Positions 39,116 to 47,889 of a stretch of 64,000 nucleotides of DNA are shown piece by piece. The position numbers and the translations under genes are program-made. Each line of letters begins with the position of its first letter. The stretch's first letter is position 1. The notes below the pieces were generated by a model. The model saw only the letters and a program-made list of their open reading frames with translations. It had not been told where the DNA came from and ran no database searches. This stretch comes from Dehalococcoidia bacterium (GTDB lineage: Bacteria; Chloroflexota; Dehalococcoidia; SM23-28-2; HRBIN24): NCBI GenBank assembly GCA_032249735.1, contig JAVVHA010000001.1:70041-134040 (forward strand), written 5' to 3'.

Positions 39116-40081
39116 GTGGCTGTAGAGCAGAGGGCCCTGGGCTACCGGACCGTGGGGCAGCGGGTGGCGGCGCCCCTGGGGGTGATGGTGCGCGGATTAT
39201 GGCGATTTGCCCTGCGCAAGCCCCTGGGGGCCTTTGGGGCGCTGGTCCTCCTCATGGTGGTGGCGATGGCCATCTTTGCTCCCTGGATCGCGCGATATCC
39301 TTATGACGAGTTGCACCTTTCGGACATCCTCAAAGGCCCCAGCCTCAAGTACTTCTTTGGGACCGATCAGAACGGGCGGGACATATTCAGCCGTATCGTG
39401 TATGGCGCCCAGGTGACGGCGGTGGTGGGCCTGGGGTCGGTGGCCCTTAGCGCCATTATCTCTGGAGTGGTGGGCATCGTTAGTGGCTACCTAGGCGGGC
39501 GGGTGGACACCATCTTGCAGAGGGTGGTAGACGTGTGGATGTCCTTCCCGGCCCTATACCTGCTGTTGACCTTTGCTGCCATCCTGGGGACGGCTGGCGG
39601 TGGCGTGCTGGGCATTGGCCGTGGGCCCGACTGGGGCCCCAACATCAAAGGCATGAGTCTCATCATCACCCTGGGCATCATACTGGCCGGTGGATCATCG
39701 CGGGTGGTGCGTTCGGCGGTGCTGGCCATAAAGGCCCAGCCATTCGTGGAGGCGGCGCGGGTGACAGGCGCTGGCCCCCTGTATATTATGTTGAGGCACA
39801 TCCTGCCCAACGTCCTTCCGGTCATCATCGTGTTGGCCACGCTGCAGTTGGGCGTCGCTGTGCTGGCAGAGGCCACGGTGAGCTTTTTGGGCTTCGGCAT
39901 TCCTCCCCCCTTCCCCAGTTGGGGGCAGATGCTGGCCGGGCGGGCTCGCGAGCTAGGGCCCCATTACCCCTGGATCGTTCTGGCCCCTGGGGCGGCCATC
40001 TTTCTCACCGTCTATGCCTTCAACATGCTAGGGGATGCCCTGCGTGACCTACTGGACCCCCGCCTGCGGGGCATGCGCTGA
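39116..40081 (+). CDS. ABC transporter permease (DppC/OppC-like)
   Basis: It has the FFGTDQNGRDIFSRIVYGAQ motif and 6 TM helices. Confidence 0.88.
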   Translation: MAVEQRALGYRTVGQRVAAPLGVMVRGLWRFALRKPLGAFGALVLLMVVAMAIFAPWIARYPYDELHLSDILKGPSLKYFFGTDQNGRDIFSRIVYGAQVTAVVGLGSVALSAIISGVVGIVSGYLGGRVDTILQRVVDVWMSFPALYLLLTFAAILGTAGGGVLGIGRGPDWGPNIKGMSLIITLGIILAGGSSRVVRSAVLAIKAQPFVEAARVTGAGPLYIMLRHILPNVLPVIIVLATLQLGVAVLAEATVSFLGFGIPPPFPSWGQMLAGRARELGPHYPWIVLAPGAAIFLTVYAFNMLGDALRDLLDPRLRGMR

Positions 40082-40126
40082 TGCCTGGGGCGTCTGTTTT
40101 GTGTTAGACTTGATATAGCCTGCATT

Positions 40127-41401
40127 ATGGACAGGTGGACGTCTGGGCAGCCCTTTTCCGAACCGTTTCCCGACGGCGATAGGAGATGGCCCCTCTGGCT
40201 GCCGGCTCTAGCCTTGGTGGCTGGTCTTGTGTTTCTTGCCGGCGCCCTAGGCTTCTGGCTGGGGCAACGTGGGGAGACCTCTCCTACGCGGCAGCAGACT
40301 CCCGCTGCCACCGCTGACTTCGGCATCCTCCAGGAGGTGTTCCAGCTGCTCAAAACATACTATGTAGACCCGGAGAAGGTAACCCCAGAGCTGCTGCGCC
40401 AGGGGGCCATCCAGGGCATGCTGGCCGCCCTGGGTGACCCCCATACAACATACATCGACCCTCAGAGTCACTCCCTGAGTATCGATATCGTAACTGGCAC
40501 CTTCGAGGGCATCGGGGCCCGCGTCGACAAGGACCCCATCACCGGCAACATCGTCATCGCCACTACCTTTCGGGGGGCGCCGGCGGAGCGGGCTGGCCTG
40601 AGGCCTGGCGATGTCATATTGGCCGTGGATGGCCAGTCCACTACTGGCTGGACGCTTACGGAGGCCGTTCGTCGCATAAGGGGCGCTAAGGGTACACCCG
40701 TGACCCTCAAGGTCCAGCATCGGGACGGCACCATAGAGGACATCACCATCATCCGGGAGACCATCGTGGTGCCCACCGTAACTTGGGAACCTGCCCAAGA
40801 CGACCAGGGGAAGCCCGTGCCCCAGGTGGCCATCGTCCGTCTGGACCAGTTCACCCAGCACACGGTGCCCGACCTACGCGAGGCGCTGGAGCAGATCAAA
40901 GGGCAGGGCTACAAGGCCATCATCCTTGACCTGCGCCACAACCCGGGCGGCTCTCTGGACGCCACCATCCGGGTGGCCGACATGTTCTTGGACCGGGGCA
41001 TCATTCTTCAGCAGGTGGAGCGGGGCGGCCAGAGGCAGGTGGTGGAGGCCCGCCGCGGTGGCGAAGGGGTGGATATGCCCATGGTGGTGCTGGTGGGGCC
41101 TGGCTCGGCCAGCGGCGCCGAGCTTCTAGCCAGCGCCTTGCAGGACAATGGCCGCGCCATCCTCATCGGCGAGAGAACCTTCGGCAAAGCCACCGTCAAC
41201 CAGCTGCACGAACTGTCCGATGGCGGTGCCCTCTACGTCACCGTAGGGCGATGGCTCACACCTAAGGGGGTCCCTATCGAAGGGGTGGGGGTGGAGCCCG
41301 ATATCCCTGTGGACGGCATGACGGAGGCCCTAGCCCAGGGCCGCGACCTAGCCATGCCCATCGCCATCCAGCACGTCCGCCAGCTCCTGGCGCGGCAATA
41401 G
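40127..41401 (+). CDS. ctpA: Carboxyl-terminal processing protease (S41 family)
   Basis: It has an N-terminal TM segment, a PDZ-like region and the S41 motif ILDLRHNPGGSL. Confidence 0.85.
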   Translation: MDRWTSGQPFSEPFPDGDRRWPLWLPALALVAGLVFLAGALGFWLGQRGETSPTRQQTPAATADFGILQEVFQLLKTYYVDPEKVTPELLRQGAIQGMLAALGDPHTTYIDPQSHSLSIDIVTGTFEGIGARVDKDPITGNIVIATTFRGAPAERAGLRPGDVILAVDGQSTTGWTLTEAVRRIRGAKGTPVTLKVQHRDGTIEDITIIRETIVVPTVTWEPAQDDQGKPVPQVAIVRLDQFTQHTVPDLREALEQIKGQGYKAIILDLRHNPGGSLDATIRVADMFLDRGIILQQVERGGQRQVVEARRGGEGVDMPMVVLVGPGSASGAELLASALQDNGRAILIGERTFGKATVNQLHELSDGGALYVTVGRWLTPKGVPIEGVGVEPDIPVDGMTEALAQGRDLAMPIAIQHVRQLLARQ

Positions 41402-41403
41402 CC

Positions 41404-41865
41404 ATGCCCGAAAAAGAAGAGAAGACCATCACCTTCAACCGGAAGGCCCTGCACGACTATCACATCCTCAAGACCATGGAGGCGGGCATCGAGCTGAAGG
41501 GCACGGAGGTGAAGTCCATCCGCGACGGACGGGTGAACATCCGCGACGCCTATGTGCGTCCGGAGGGCGGGGAGATGTGGCTAGTGGGAGCCCACATCGC
41601 CCACTACCCCCCAGCGGGCCGCTTCCAACACGACCCATATCGTAAGCGCCGCCTCCTCCTCCACCGTAGGCAGATAAGGGAGCTGGTCCAGGCCCTGCGG
41701 GGCGAAGGGATGACCATCGTGCCTCTGCGCATCTACTTCCGCGGCGGGAGGGCCAAGGTGGAGATCGCCCTGGCCAAGGGCAAGCGGCAGTACGATAAGC
41801 GGGCGGCGCTGGCCCGGCGGGAAGCCGAGCGGCGCATGCGGGAGGCCCTGCGCCGCTTGGCCTAA
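41404..41865 (+). CDS. smpB: SsrA-binding protein
   Basis: The sequence FNRKALHDYHILKTMEAGIELKGTEVKSIRDGRVNIRDAYV is canonical SmpB. Confidence 0.92.
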   Translation: MPEKEEKTITFNRKALHDYHILKTMEAGIELKGTEVKSIRDGRVNIRDAYVRPEGGEMWLVGAHIAHYPPAGRFQHDPYRKRRLLLHRRQIRELVQALRGEGMTIVPLRIYFRGGRAKVEIALAKGKRQYDKRAALARREAERRMREALRRLA

Positions 41866-41886
41866 GGATGGTATAATACAAGGCGC

Positions 41887-42228
41887 GGGGACGAGTGGGT
41901 TCGACAGGGAAGGTCGGGCCCGGACAGCAGGCCGAGGTCGCCGCAGGCCTCGTTAAACAGGCGGCAAAAAGTAACTGGCGAGCGCGAGCTTGCCCTTGCC
42001 GCCTAAGGTTTAGGCGGCACGTCGCCCTGGCCTCCCCCCTGGGGGTCGGGAGCGGCGCCAGAGACCAGGGGTGCAGCCTCCTGGCGCCACCGAGGGGGGC
42101 CTAAGAGGAGGTGGCTGGCCCGTCGGCACGCAGCCGACGGCGGTACGGCGGGCGAGAAGTAAGCGTCGGCTATGCCTGTAGGTGGTCCGGGTGGGTCTTC
42201 GCCTGGACGAGGGGTTCGACTCCCCTCC
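41887..42228 (+). ncRNA. ssrA: tmRNA (SsrA), predicted tag ending GERELALAA
   Basis: The 5' GGGGACGAGUGGGUUCGACAGG pairs with the 3' CGUCUCCACCA acceptor. The T-arm is GGGGUUCGACUCCCC. The internal ORF reads ...GGC GAG CGC GAG CUU GCC CUU GCC GCC UAA. It is followed by a T8 run and lies immediately downstream of smpB. Confidence 0.85.
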
Positions 42229-42244
42229 GTCTCCACCATTTTTT

Positions 42245-43492
42245 TTATTTGCGCCGTGTCATAACTCCCAGGGCCATAAAGGATAGCCCTGCTAGCCCGT
42301 AGGCCCCGATGAACATCATGAGGGCGGCGTCATAGCCACCTGTAGCATCGTAGAGCCAGCCAGTAAGGTAGGGGCCCACTACCTGCCCTAGGCTGGAGAA
42401 AAGCCCCGAAGCACCAAGGATGGCCCCGAAGTGGGCCATGCCGAAGAAACGGCTTAAAAGGAGAGGTTCCAGTAGCGGCCCCGCACCCTGGGCGGAGGCC
42501 CACATGGGTACAAACACCACCAGCATGGGCACAGAGGTGGAGATAAGCGCCAAGGTCACCGCTATCATCTGTAACAATGTAGCCGCCAGTGCCAGCCTCA
42601 GAGGGGGAATACGGTCCCCTACCCAGCCCATGGAGATACGCAGGGTGGTATACAGCCCCGTGTTAGCGGACATGATGGCCGCTGCCCCCTCTGCCGAGAT
42701 GCCCCGCCACCGGAAGAAGGGGACAGCATGCACAAGGAAAGAGAGCATAGACATATACGATAGGAACATGGCTCCCACAATGCACCAAAACGCAGGCGTC
42801 CTCACTGCCTCGGCCAAGGTATAGTCATTCTTATCGGGGCTCTCGCCCCTACTCCACACCGTGGCCACCTGCGGCTCCTCCACCCCCATGGACTGGGGAG
42901 ACTCCTTGATAACCAGGAGGACCACAGGCAAAAAGTACGCCAGCTGCACGATGCCCGAAATGAAAAACGCTTGCCGCCATCCCCACCGCTCTATCAGGAA
43001 GGTGATAAGGGGAGTAAAGATGAACCCGCCAACGCCGAACCCGGCGTTGGCGATGCTCATGGCCAAGCCCCGTCGCCACCGGAACCAGCGGGAAACGAGG
43101 GTCTGGACGGGGAGATAGAACATCCAGGCTCGAAACAGGGCCCCTATCCCATACAACAGATACAGGTGCCACAAGGTCTTCACCCATGGCAAAAGGAAGA
43201 AAGTGGCCGAGTTGCCCAGCACGCCCATCAACATGGCCCCCCGCACCCCGTGCCGGTCCACCCACCAGCCCACCAGGGGCCCCATAAGGCCAGAGACCAG
43301 CCACACCACACTTACCGCCCCAGAGACCTGAGAACGGGTCCAGCCGAACTCCTCCTCCAGTGGCGCAAAAAAGAGCCCGAAGGCCCAGAAGGAGATACCG
43401 GAGGACACAGCCAAGGCGCCTGCCCCGGCGGCCACCACCCACCAACCGTAGTAGGTAGGCCAGGCCCAGCGCAAAGCGAGCGCTCGCCTCAT
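42245..43492 (-). CDS. MFS transporter
   Basis: ~12 TM helices. The start was chosen at MRRALALRWAW. The ORF track's 96-aa low-complexity N-extension runs into the riboswitch region and is rejected. Confidence 0.78.
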   Translation of the reverse strand: MRRALALRWAWPTYYGWWVVAAGAGALAVSSGISFWAFGLFFAPLEEEFGWTRSQVSGAVSVVWLVSGLMGPLVGWWVDRHGVRGAMLMGVLGNSATFFLLPWVKTLWHLYLLYGIGALFRAWMFYLPVQTLVSRWFRWRRGLAMSIANAGFGVGGFIFTPLITFLIERWGWRQAFFISGIVQLAYFLPVVLLVIKESPQSMGVEEPQVATVWSRGESPDKNDYTLAEAVRTPAFWCIVGAMFLSYMSMLSFLVHAVPFFRWRGISAEGAAAIMSANTGLYTTLRISMGWVGDRIPPLRLALAATLLQMIAVTLALISTSVPMLVVFVPMWASAQGAGPLLEPLLLSRFFGMAHFGAILGASGLFSSLGQVVGPYLTGWLYDATGGYDAALMMFIGAYGLAGLSFMALGVMTRRK

Positions 43493-43611
43493 GACATGCG
43501 TAAACCATGCTATCACGGCCCTTACCCTCCACCAACCCTTGACAGGCCTCCTGCGCCATGCTATATAGAAGGGCAAACCGAATATGGCGTCTCCCGGGTG
43601 CCCGCGAGGGC

Positions 43612-43745
43612 TTAATAGGGAAGTGGGGCTAGAAACCCCCGCGGCCGCGCCACTGTAGCAGGGAGCCCCGGCAGAGGCCACTGTCCCCGCAGGGATGGGA
43701 AGGCGCCGAGGGCGGTGAACTGCGAGCCAGGAGACCTGCCCGGGA
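43612..43745 (+). ncRNA. Cobalamin (AdoCbl) riboswitch
   Basis: It has AGGGAAG, GUGGGGCUAGAAACCCC, two GCCACUG motifs and a B12 box GAGCCAGGAGACCUGCC (43724-43740). It lies upstream of a btuFCD-like operon. Confidence 0.7.
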
Positions 43746-43783
43746 GAGGGGTTGCCCCCTCCTCGCGTCGGGGAGGGCACCCA

Positions 43784-43812
43784 GGGCGGGCTACCCTCGC
43801 CCTTGTTTGCCC
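43784..43812 (+). terminator. Candidate expression-platform terminator of the cobalamin riboswitch
   Basis: The GGGCGGGcuacCCUCGCCC hairpin is followed by TTGTTTG. Confidence 0.3.
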
Positions 43813-43992
43813 TCTGCTGGCGGCGCCGTAGTGTGAGAGGGGCGGGGAGTAGCCTGATATTTTGCGGCCAAGGCCGTTCTGCCTCCCCGCATCCTCATCT
43901 GCGACGTGCGCTGTCAGCACCTTTGGCCTTTGGGGCGTCGCAGGGGGCCCCTTATCCCTGCCTGGGGGACGCAATAGTGGAGGTGTTATGCC

Positions 43993-44961
43993 ATGCGATG
44001 GCCCCTAAGGCGCTCCTTAGTGCCCCTTGTTATACTCGTGCTGGCCCTTCTCACCGCAGCTTGTGGAGAGGAAGCACGGCCTACCCCCTCGCCTACAGCC
44101 GCCACCCCCAGCCCTGTGGCCACATTCCCCGTCACCATCACCGATAGCCTGGGGCGGCAGGTTAACATCCCCGCGCCTCCCCAGCGCATCGTCTCCCTAT
44201 CGCCCAGGGATACGGAGATCCTCTTCGCATTGGGGCTGGGGCCATGGGTGGTGGCGGTGGACAACCTTTCTGACTACCCGCCGGAGGTGGAGGCCAAGCC
44301 CAGAGTGGGCAGTGCCTTCACCGGGCTAAACGTGGAAGCCATAGCAGCACAGCGACCGGACCTCATCATCTCGCCCCCTACCCGCGTCGTCCCCTCATCG
44401 TTGGAGCCCTTAGGCGTTCCCATTCTCGCCCTGGATGAGCCCAAGGACATCGAGGGCACCTACCAGCTCATCCGCACCATCGGCCGGGCGACGGGCCGTG
44501 TTAAAGAGGCAGAGGATGTGGTGGCCCGTATGCGCAAGGGCTTCGAGGAGATCGAGCGCAAGGTCATGGAGGCCCGCCTGCCACGGCCCAAGGTCTTCTT
44601 CGAGATCGATGGGACGGACCCAGGGCGCCCCTGGACAGCCGGGCCCGGATCCTTCATCGACAGCCTCATCTCCCTGGCAGGGGGCGACAACGTGGCTGGC
44701 AAAGGTCCTAGCGCCTACTTCCAGATGAGCACAGAGGAGATCGTGCGCCAGGCTCCAGACATCATCATCCTAGGCGATGCCGAATTCGTCAGCGCCAAGG
44801 AGGTGGCCATGAGGCCAGGCTGGAAGGATATCCCTGCCGTGCAAAAAGGCGCCATCTACCCCATCGATGCCGACCTGGTCTCCCGCGCTGGGCCCCGACT
44901 GGTCGAAGGGGCGCGGGCCATCGCCGCCATCTTGCACCCGCAGTTGTTCCAGGAGCGATAG
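43993..44961 (+). CDS. btuF: ABC transporter substrate-binding lipoprotein, cobalamin/siderophore (BtuF-like) type
   Basis: It has a lipoprotein signal (LLTAAC) and a periplasmic-binding-protein type 2 pattern (PQRIVSLSPRDTEILFALGL). It lies downstream of the B12 riboswitch. Confidence 0.8.
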   Translation: MRWPLRRSLVPLVILVLALLTAACGEEARPTPSPTAATPSPVATFPVTITDSLGRQVNIPAPPQRIVSLSPRDTEILFALGLGPWVVAVDNLSDYPPEVEAKPRVGSAFTGLNVEAIAAQRPDLIISPPTRVVPSSLEPLGVPILALDEPKDIEGTYQLIRTIGRATGRVKEAEDVVARMRKGFEEIERKVMEARLPRPKVFFEIDGTDPGRPWTAGPGSFIDSLISLAGGDNVAGKGPSAYFQMSTEEIVRQAPDIIILGDAEFVSAKEVAMRPGWKDIPAVQKGAIYPIDADLVSRAGPRLVEGARAIAAILHPQLFQER

Positions 44962-44963
44962 CC

Positions 44964-45998
44964 GTGCGGGGCCGTTTCGCCCTTCTGGCGCTCTCGACAG
45001 CCCTCATGGCCGCCCTAGCTGTGGGGACGGCGCTGGGCAGCGCGGGCATTGGGCCCCGTGGCGTTTTGGCAGTATTGATCGACCGCCTCACCCCCTTGCC
45101 CCCACCCTGGCAGGTGGAGCGGTGGCAAGAGACGGTGGTCATGGACCTGCGGCTGCCGCGGGTGGTAGGAGGTGCCTTGGTAGGGGCGGCTTTGGCCTTG
45201 GCTGGGGCCCTGTTCCAATCGCTTCTGCGCAACCCTTTGGCCGATCCTTATGTCATCGGGACATCGGCGGGGGCCGCCCTGGGAGCCACCATCTCCCTCA
45301 TCTTCCCGTTGCGCCTCTCCCTGTGGGGATTCGGTGCCATCTCGATGGCTGCCTTCGCTGGGGCGTTGTTGGCGGTGCTCCTGGTCTATAACCTAGCGCG
45401 GATATCGGGAGAGGCTTCGGTGGTATCCTTGCTGCTGGCGGGGCTGGCCGTCAGCTCCATCTTGGCGGCGGCCATGGTCCTCCTGCTGGTGACGGTGGGC
45501 GAGCTACAAGTGCGGCTCCCTCAACTCTTTACCTTCCTGATGGGTGGGATCACCGTCAACAGATGGGCACAGCTGGCTCTAGTGGCCGTCCTGCTGGCGC
45601 TAGGGCTTATGGCTGCCCTAGCCCTCTCGCCCTACTTGAACGCCTTCGCCCTGGGGGAAGAGGGCGCCGCGGCCGTGGGGGTGGAAGTGGAGAGGACCAA
45701 GGCCATGGTCCTGGCCCTGGGTTCGCTGCTGACAGCAGCCGCAGTGACGGTGGGAGGCCTTATTGGGTTTGTGGGCCTTATGGTGCCTCACGCCGTACGT
45801 CTGGTTCTGGGGGCGGATGCCCGCCTGCTCCTGCCCTGCGCCGCCCTGGCAGGAGCTTCCTTCCTGGTGCTGGCCGATCTTGGGGCGCGCACCCTTCTGG
45901 CGCCGGGGGAGATACCGGTGGGGGTCATCACTGGGCTGGTGGGAGGGCCCTTCTTCCTCTACCTGCTGCGGCGATACCAGAGGGGGTATGCCCTGTGA
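44964..45998 (+). CDS. btuC: FecCD-family ABC permease (BtuC-like)
   Basis: It has 9-10 TM helices and typical FecCD motifs (DPYVIGTSAGAALGA). Confidence 0.85.
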   Translation: MRGRFALLALSTALMAALAVGTALGSAGIGPRGVLAVLIDRLTPLPPPWQVERWQETVVMDLRLPRVVGGALVGAALALAGALFQSLLRNPLADPYVIGTSAGAALGATISLIFPLRLSLWGFGAISMAAFAGALLAVLLVYNLARISGEASVVSLLLAGLAVSSILAAAMVLLLVTVGELQVRLPQLFTFLMGGITVNRWAQLALVAVLLALGLMAALALSPYLNAFALGEEGAAAVGVEVERTKAMVLALGSLLTAAAVTVGGLIGFVGLMVPHAVRLVLGADARLLLPCAALAGASFLVLADLGARTLLAPGEIPVGVITGLVGGPFFLYLLRRYQRGYAL

Positions 45999-46792
45999 GG
46001 GCCGTCTTGGCGCTGGAGCACGTATCGTTTGGCTACCACAGGGGGCGATGCGTCCTCCAAGACGTCTCTTTACAGGTGGCACCAGGGGAGGTGTTGGCAC
46101 TGGTGGGGCCCAACGGGGTGGGGAAGAGCACCCTGCTACGCCTAATGGCGGGCCTGCGCCGGCCGTGGGAAGGACAACTCCTGCTAGCGGGACGGGACAT
46201 GGCCCTTATGTCGCGGCGGGAGGTGGCCCGCATGGTGGCCGTGGTTCCGCAGGAGGTACACATGCCCTTCCCCTTCACCGTGCGCCAGGTGGTAGAGCTG
46301 GGACGTACACCTTATGTCAAGCCATTCGCCTTAGGGGGAGATCATAGAGACAGGACGGCTGTGGAGCGAGCCTTGGCCTTGTTGGGCCTCGAGGGGATGG
46401 CCCATCGCCCCTTTGTGGAGCTGAGCGGAGGGGAGAGACGTCGGGTCATCATCGCCATGGCCCTGGCCCAGGAGCCGCAACTGCTCCTTTTAGACGAGCC
46501 CACGGCTCATCTGGACATCGGCCACCAGGTGGAGGTCATGGGGCTCCTATCACGCCTTGCCTACGAGGGCCTTGCCGTAGTGGCCGCCCTCCACGATTTA
46601 AACCTGGCCCTCCGGTTTGCCCACCGCGTGGCTCTCCTTCACCGCGGTCGCTTGCTGGCCCAGGGGCCCCCAGAGGAGGTTCTGCGCCCCCACCTCGTCT
46701 CGGAGGTATACGGCATTCCTCTTCGCTTACTGCGCCAGGACGGGCAGCAGGTCATGGTTTGGGACGCCCCTTACGGCGTCCCCAGACAGTAG
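45995..46792 (+). CDS. btuD: ABC transporter ATP-binding protein (BtuD/FepC-like)
   Basis: The start was chosen at a GTG overlapping the btuC stop (GTGA). It has Walker A GPNGVGKST, the signature LSGGERRRV and Walker B LLLLDEPT. The ORF track's longer frame from 45563 is rejected. Confidence 0.85.
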   Translation: MRAVLALEHVSFGYHRGRCVLQDVSLQVAPGEVLALVGPNGVGKSTLLRLMAGLRRPWEGQLLLAGRDMALMSRREVARMVAVVPQEVHMPFPFTVRQVVELGRTPYVKPFALGGDHRDRTAVERALALLGLEGMAHRPFVELSGGERRRVIIAMALAQEPQLLLLDEPTAHLDIGHQVEVMGLLSRLAYEGLAVVAALHDLNLALRFAHRVALLHRGRLLAQGPPEEVLRPHLVSEVYGIPLRLLRQDGQQVMVWDAPYGVPRQ

Positions 46793-46859
46793 AGCTTGAG
46801 CATCATTTAGACTAGACGCTTGAGAGCCGTTAGGCTATCCTCTTCACGGGGAGTTAGCC

Positions 46860-47558
46860 ATGCATGCCGAGTCCCGTTCAGGCAGCAAGGTCTCATCCAC
46901 CATAGAGGACTATCTCCAGGCCATTTATAGCATGGAGATGGAGGGGGAGACGGTCATCTCCGCCCGCCTGGCGCGGCGGATGCGCGTCTCGGCCCCCACG
47001 GCCTGGGCCACCGTCCAGCGCATGGCCCGCGATGGGCTGGTGACCCTCAACGAGAAGAGGGCCATAACCCTGACTGATAAGGGGAGGGCGCTAGCGGAGG
47101 AGATCGTCCGTCGGCATAGGTTGGCGGAGCGTTTCCTTATGGACATCCTGGGTCTTGGGTGGGCCGAATGCCATGAAGAGGCCCATCGCTTTGAGCACGC
47201 CTTATCGCCCAGGTTAGAGGAGCGCATTGTGGCCTTGTTAGGTAACCCCACTCACTGCCCCCATGGCAGCCCCATCCCCGGAAGCGGCGGCACCCTGGAC
47301 CCTCACCTCATCCCCCTAGCCTCCCTCCAGGTGGGCGACGAGGCGGTGGTGGGCTTCATATCGGAGGAGCTGGAGGAGGACATGGAGTTGTTGCGCTACT
47401 TGGAGCGGGGCCGCATCATGCCAGGCCGCCGCCTACGGGTGCGGGAGCTGGTAAAGGCCAGCGACCTCCTGGTGGTAGAAAGCGATGGCCAGGCCGTCCC
47501 CCTGGGCTTGAAGGTGGCCCAGAGGATAAAGGTACAGCCCCTCAGGCCAGGTAGTTGA
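46860..47558 (+). CDS. DtxR-family metal-dependent transcriptional regulator with C-terminal FeoA/SH3-like domain
   Basis: It has the HTH region EDYLQAIYSME...ARLARRMRVSAPTAWATVQRMARDGLV and metal-site residues (CHEEAHRFEH). 232 aa. Confidence 0.85.
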   Translation: MHAESRSGSKVSSTIEDYLQAIYSMEMEGETVISARLARRMRVSAPTAWATVQRMARDGLVTLNEKRAITLTDKGRALAEEIVRRHRLAERFLMDILGLGWAECHEEAHRFEHALSPRLEERIVALLGNPTHCPHGSPIPGSGGTLDPHLIPLASLQVGDEAVVGFISEELEEDMELLRYLERGRIMPGRRLRVRELVKASDLLVVESDGQAVPLGLKVAQRIKVQPLRPGS

Positions 47559-47670
47559 CGGGGGGGAAGGGGGGTGCTAAACTCTGCATTCGTCGAGACA
47601 ACCAGAGAGGGTCGATGCCTTGCCGGCTGTGAGGCTCGGCCCTTTCTGTGTGTGAAATCGGCGTGGGCCT

Positions 47671-47871
47671 ATGCGCCAGCTCTGGTTCCGATGGGGCTTC
47701 GTGCCCGGCTTCGGGCTTTATGCCCGCACCTTCTGGCGCATGCCCCGCCTCCAGGAGTACATAGAGGCCCTGGAGGAGTATAAGCGGGAGCTGCAGGAGG
47801 AGCTGCGGGCAGTGGAGGAGGAGCTGGCGCTGCTGCGCCGCGCCCAAGAGGGGGAGAGAAAGGGCGACTAG
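47671..47871 (+). CDS. Small coiled-coil protein, DUF5320-like (tentative)
   Basis: 66 aa with an aromatic/Gly N-terminus (WFRWGFVPGFG) and an acidic coiled coil (LEEYKRELQEELRAVEEELALL). This resembles DUF5320-type small proteins. Confidence 0.4.
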   Translation: MRQLWFRWGFVPGFGLYARTFWRMPRLQEYIEALEEYKRELQEELRAVEEELALLRRAQEGERKGD

Positions 47872-47889
47872 GAGCTTTGGAAGGCACCG

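Noticed and set aside
41895-42302. Three ORFs (41895-42104 +, 42003-42239 -, 42111-42302 +) that look like small proteins
   Set aside because: They lie entirely within the tmRNA (ssrA) gene and its terminator. They have low-complexity Gly/Arg/Pro-rich translations typical of high-GC non-coding frames.
42245-43780. The 511-aa version of the MFS transporter
   Set aside because: The N-terminal 96 aa are low-complexity and would run antisense through the riboswitch region. The start at MRRALALRW (43492) gives a normal 12-TM MFS protein.
43612-44147. ORFs 43612-43974 (-) and 43752-44147 (+) in the MFS/btuF intergenic region
   Set aside because: They overlap the cobalamin riboswitch and its expression platform. 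Their translations are Pro/Gly/Arg-rich shadow frames. The real btuF start (lipoprotein signal) is at 43993.
45563-46792. The 409-aa ORF-track version of the btuD-like ATPase
   Set aside because: The first ~145 aa are an out-of-frame overlap with the btuC permease and are Gly/Arg-rich. The ABC ATPase homology begins at the GTG that overlaps the btuC stop (45995).
46793-46859. DtxR operator upstream of the dtxR-like gene
   Set aside because: TTAGGCTA / TTAGCCAT half-site-like sequences are present, but they do not form a convincing 19-bp iron-box palindrome. They are mentioned only as a possibility in the MetE-region finding.
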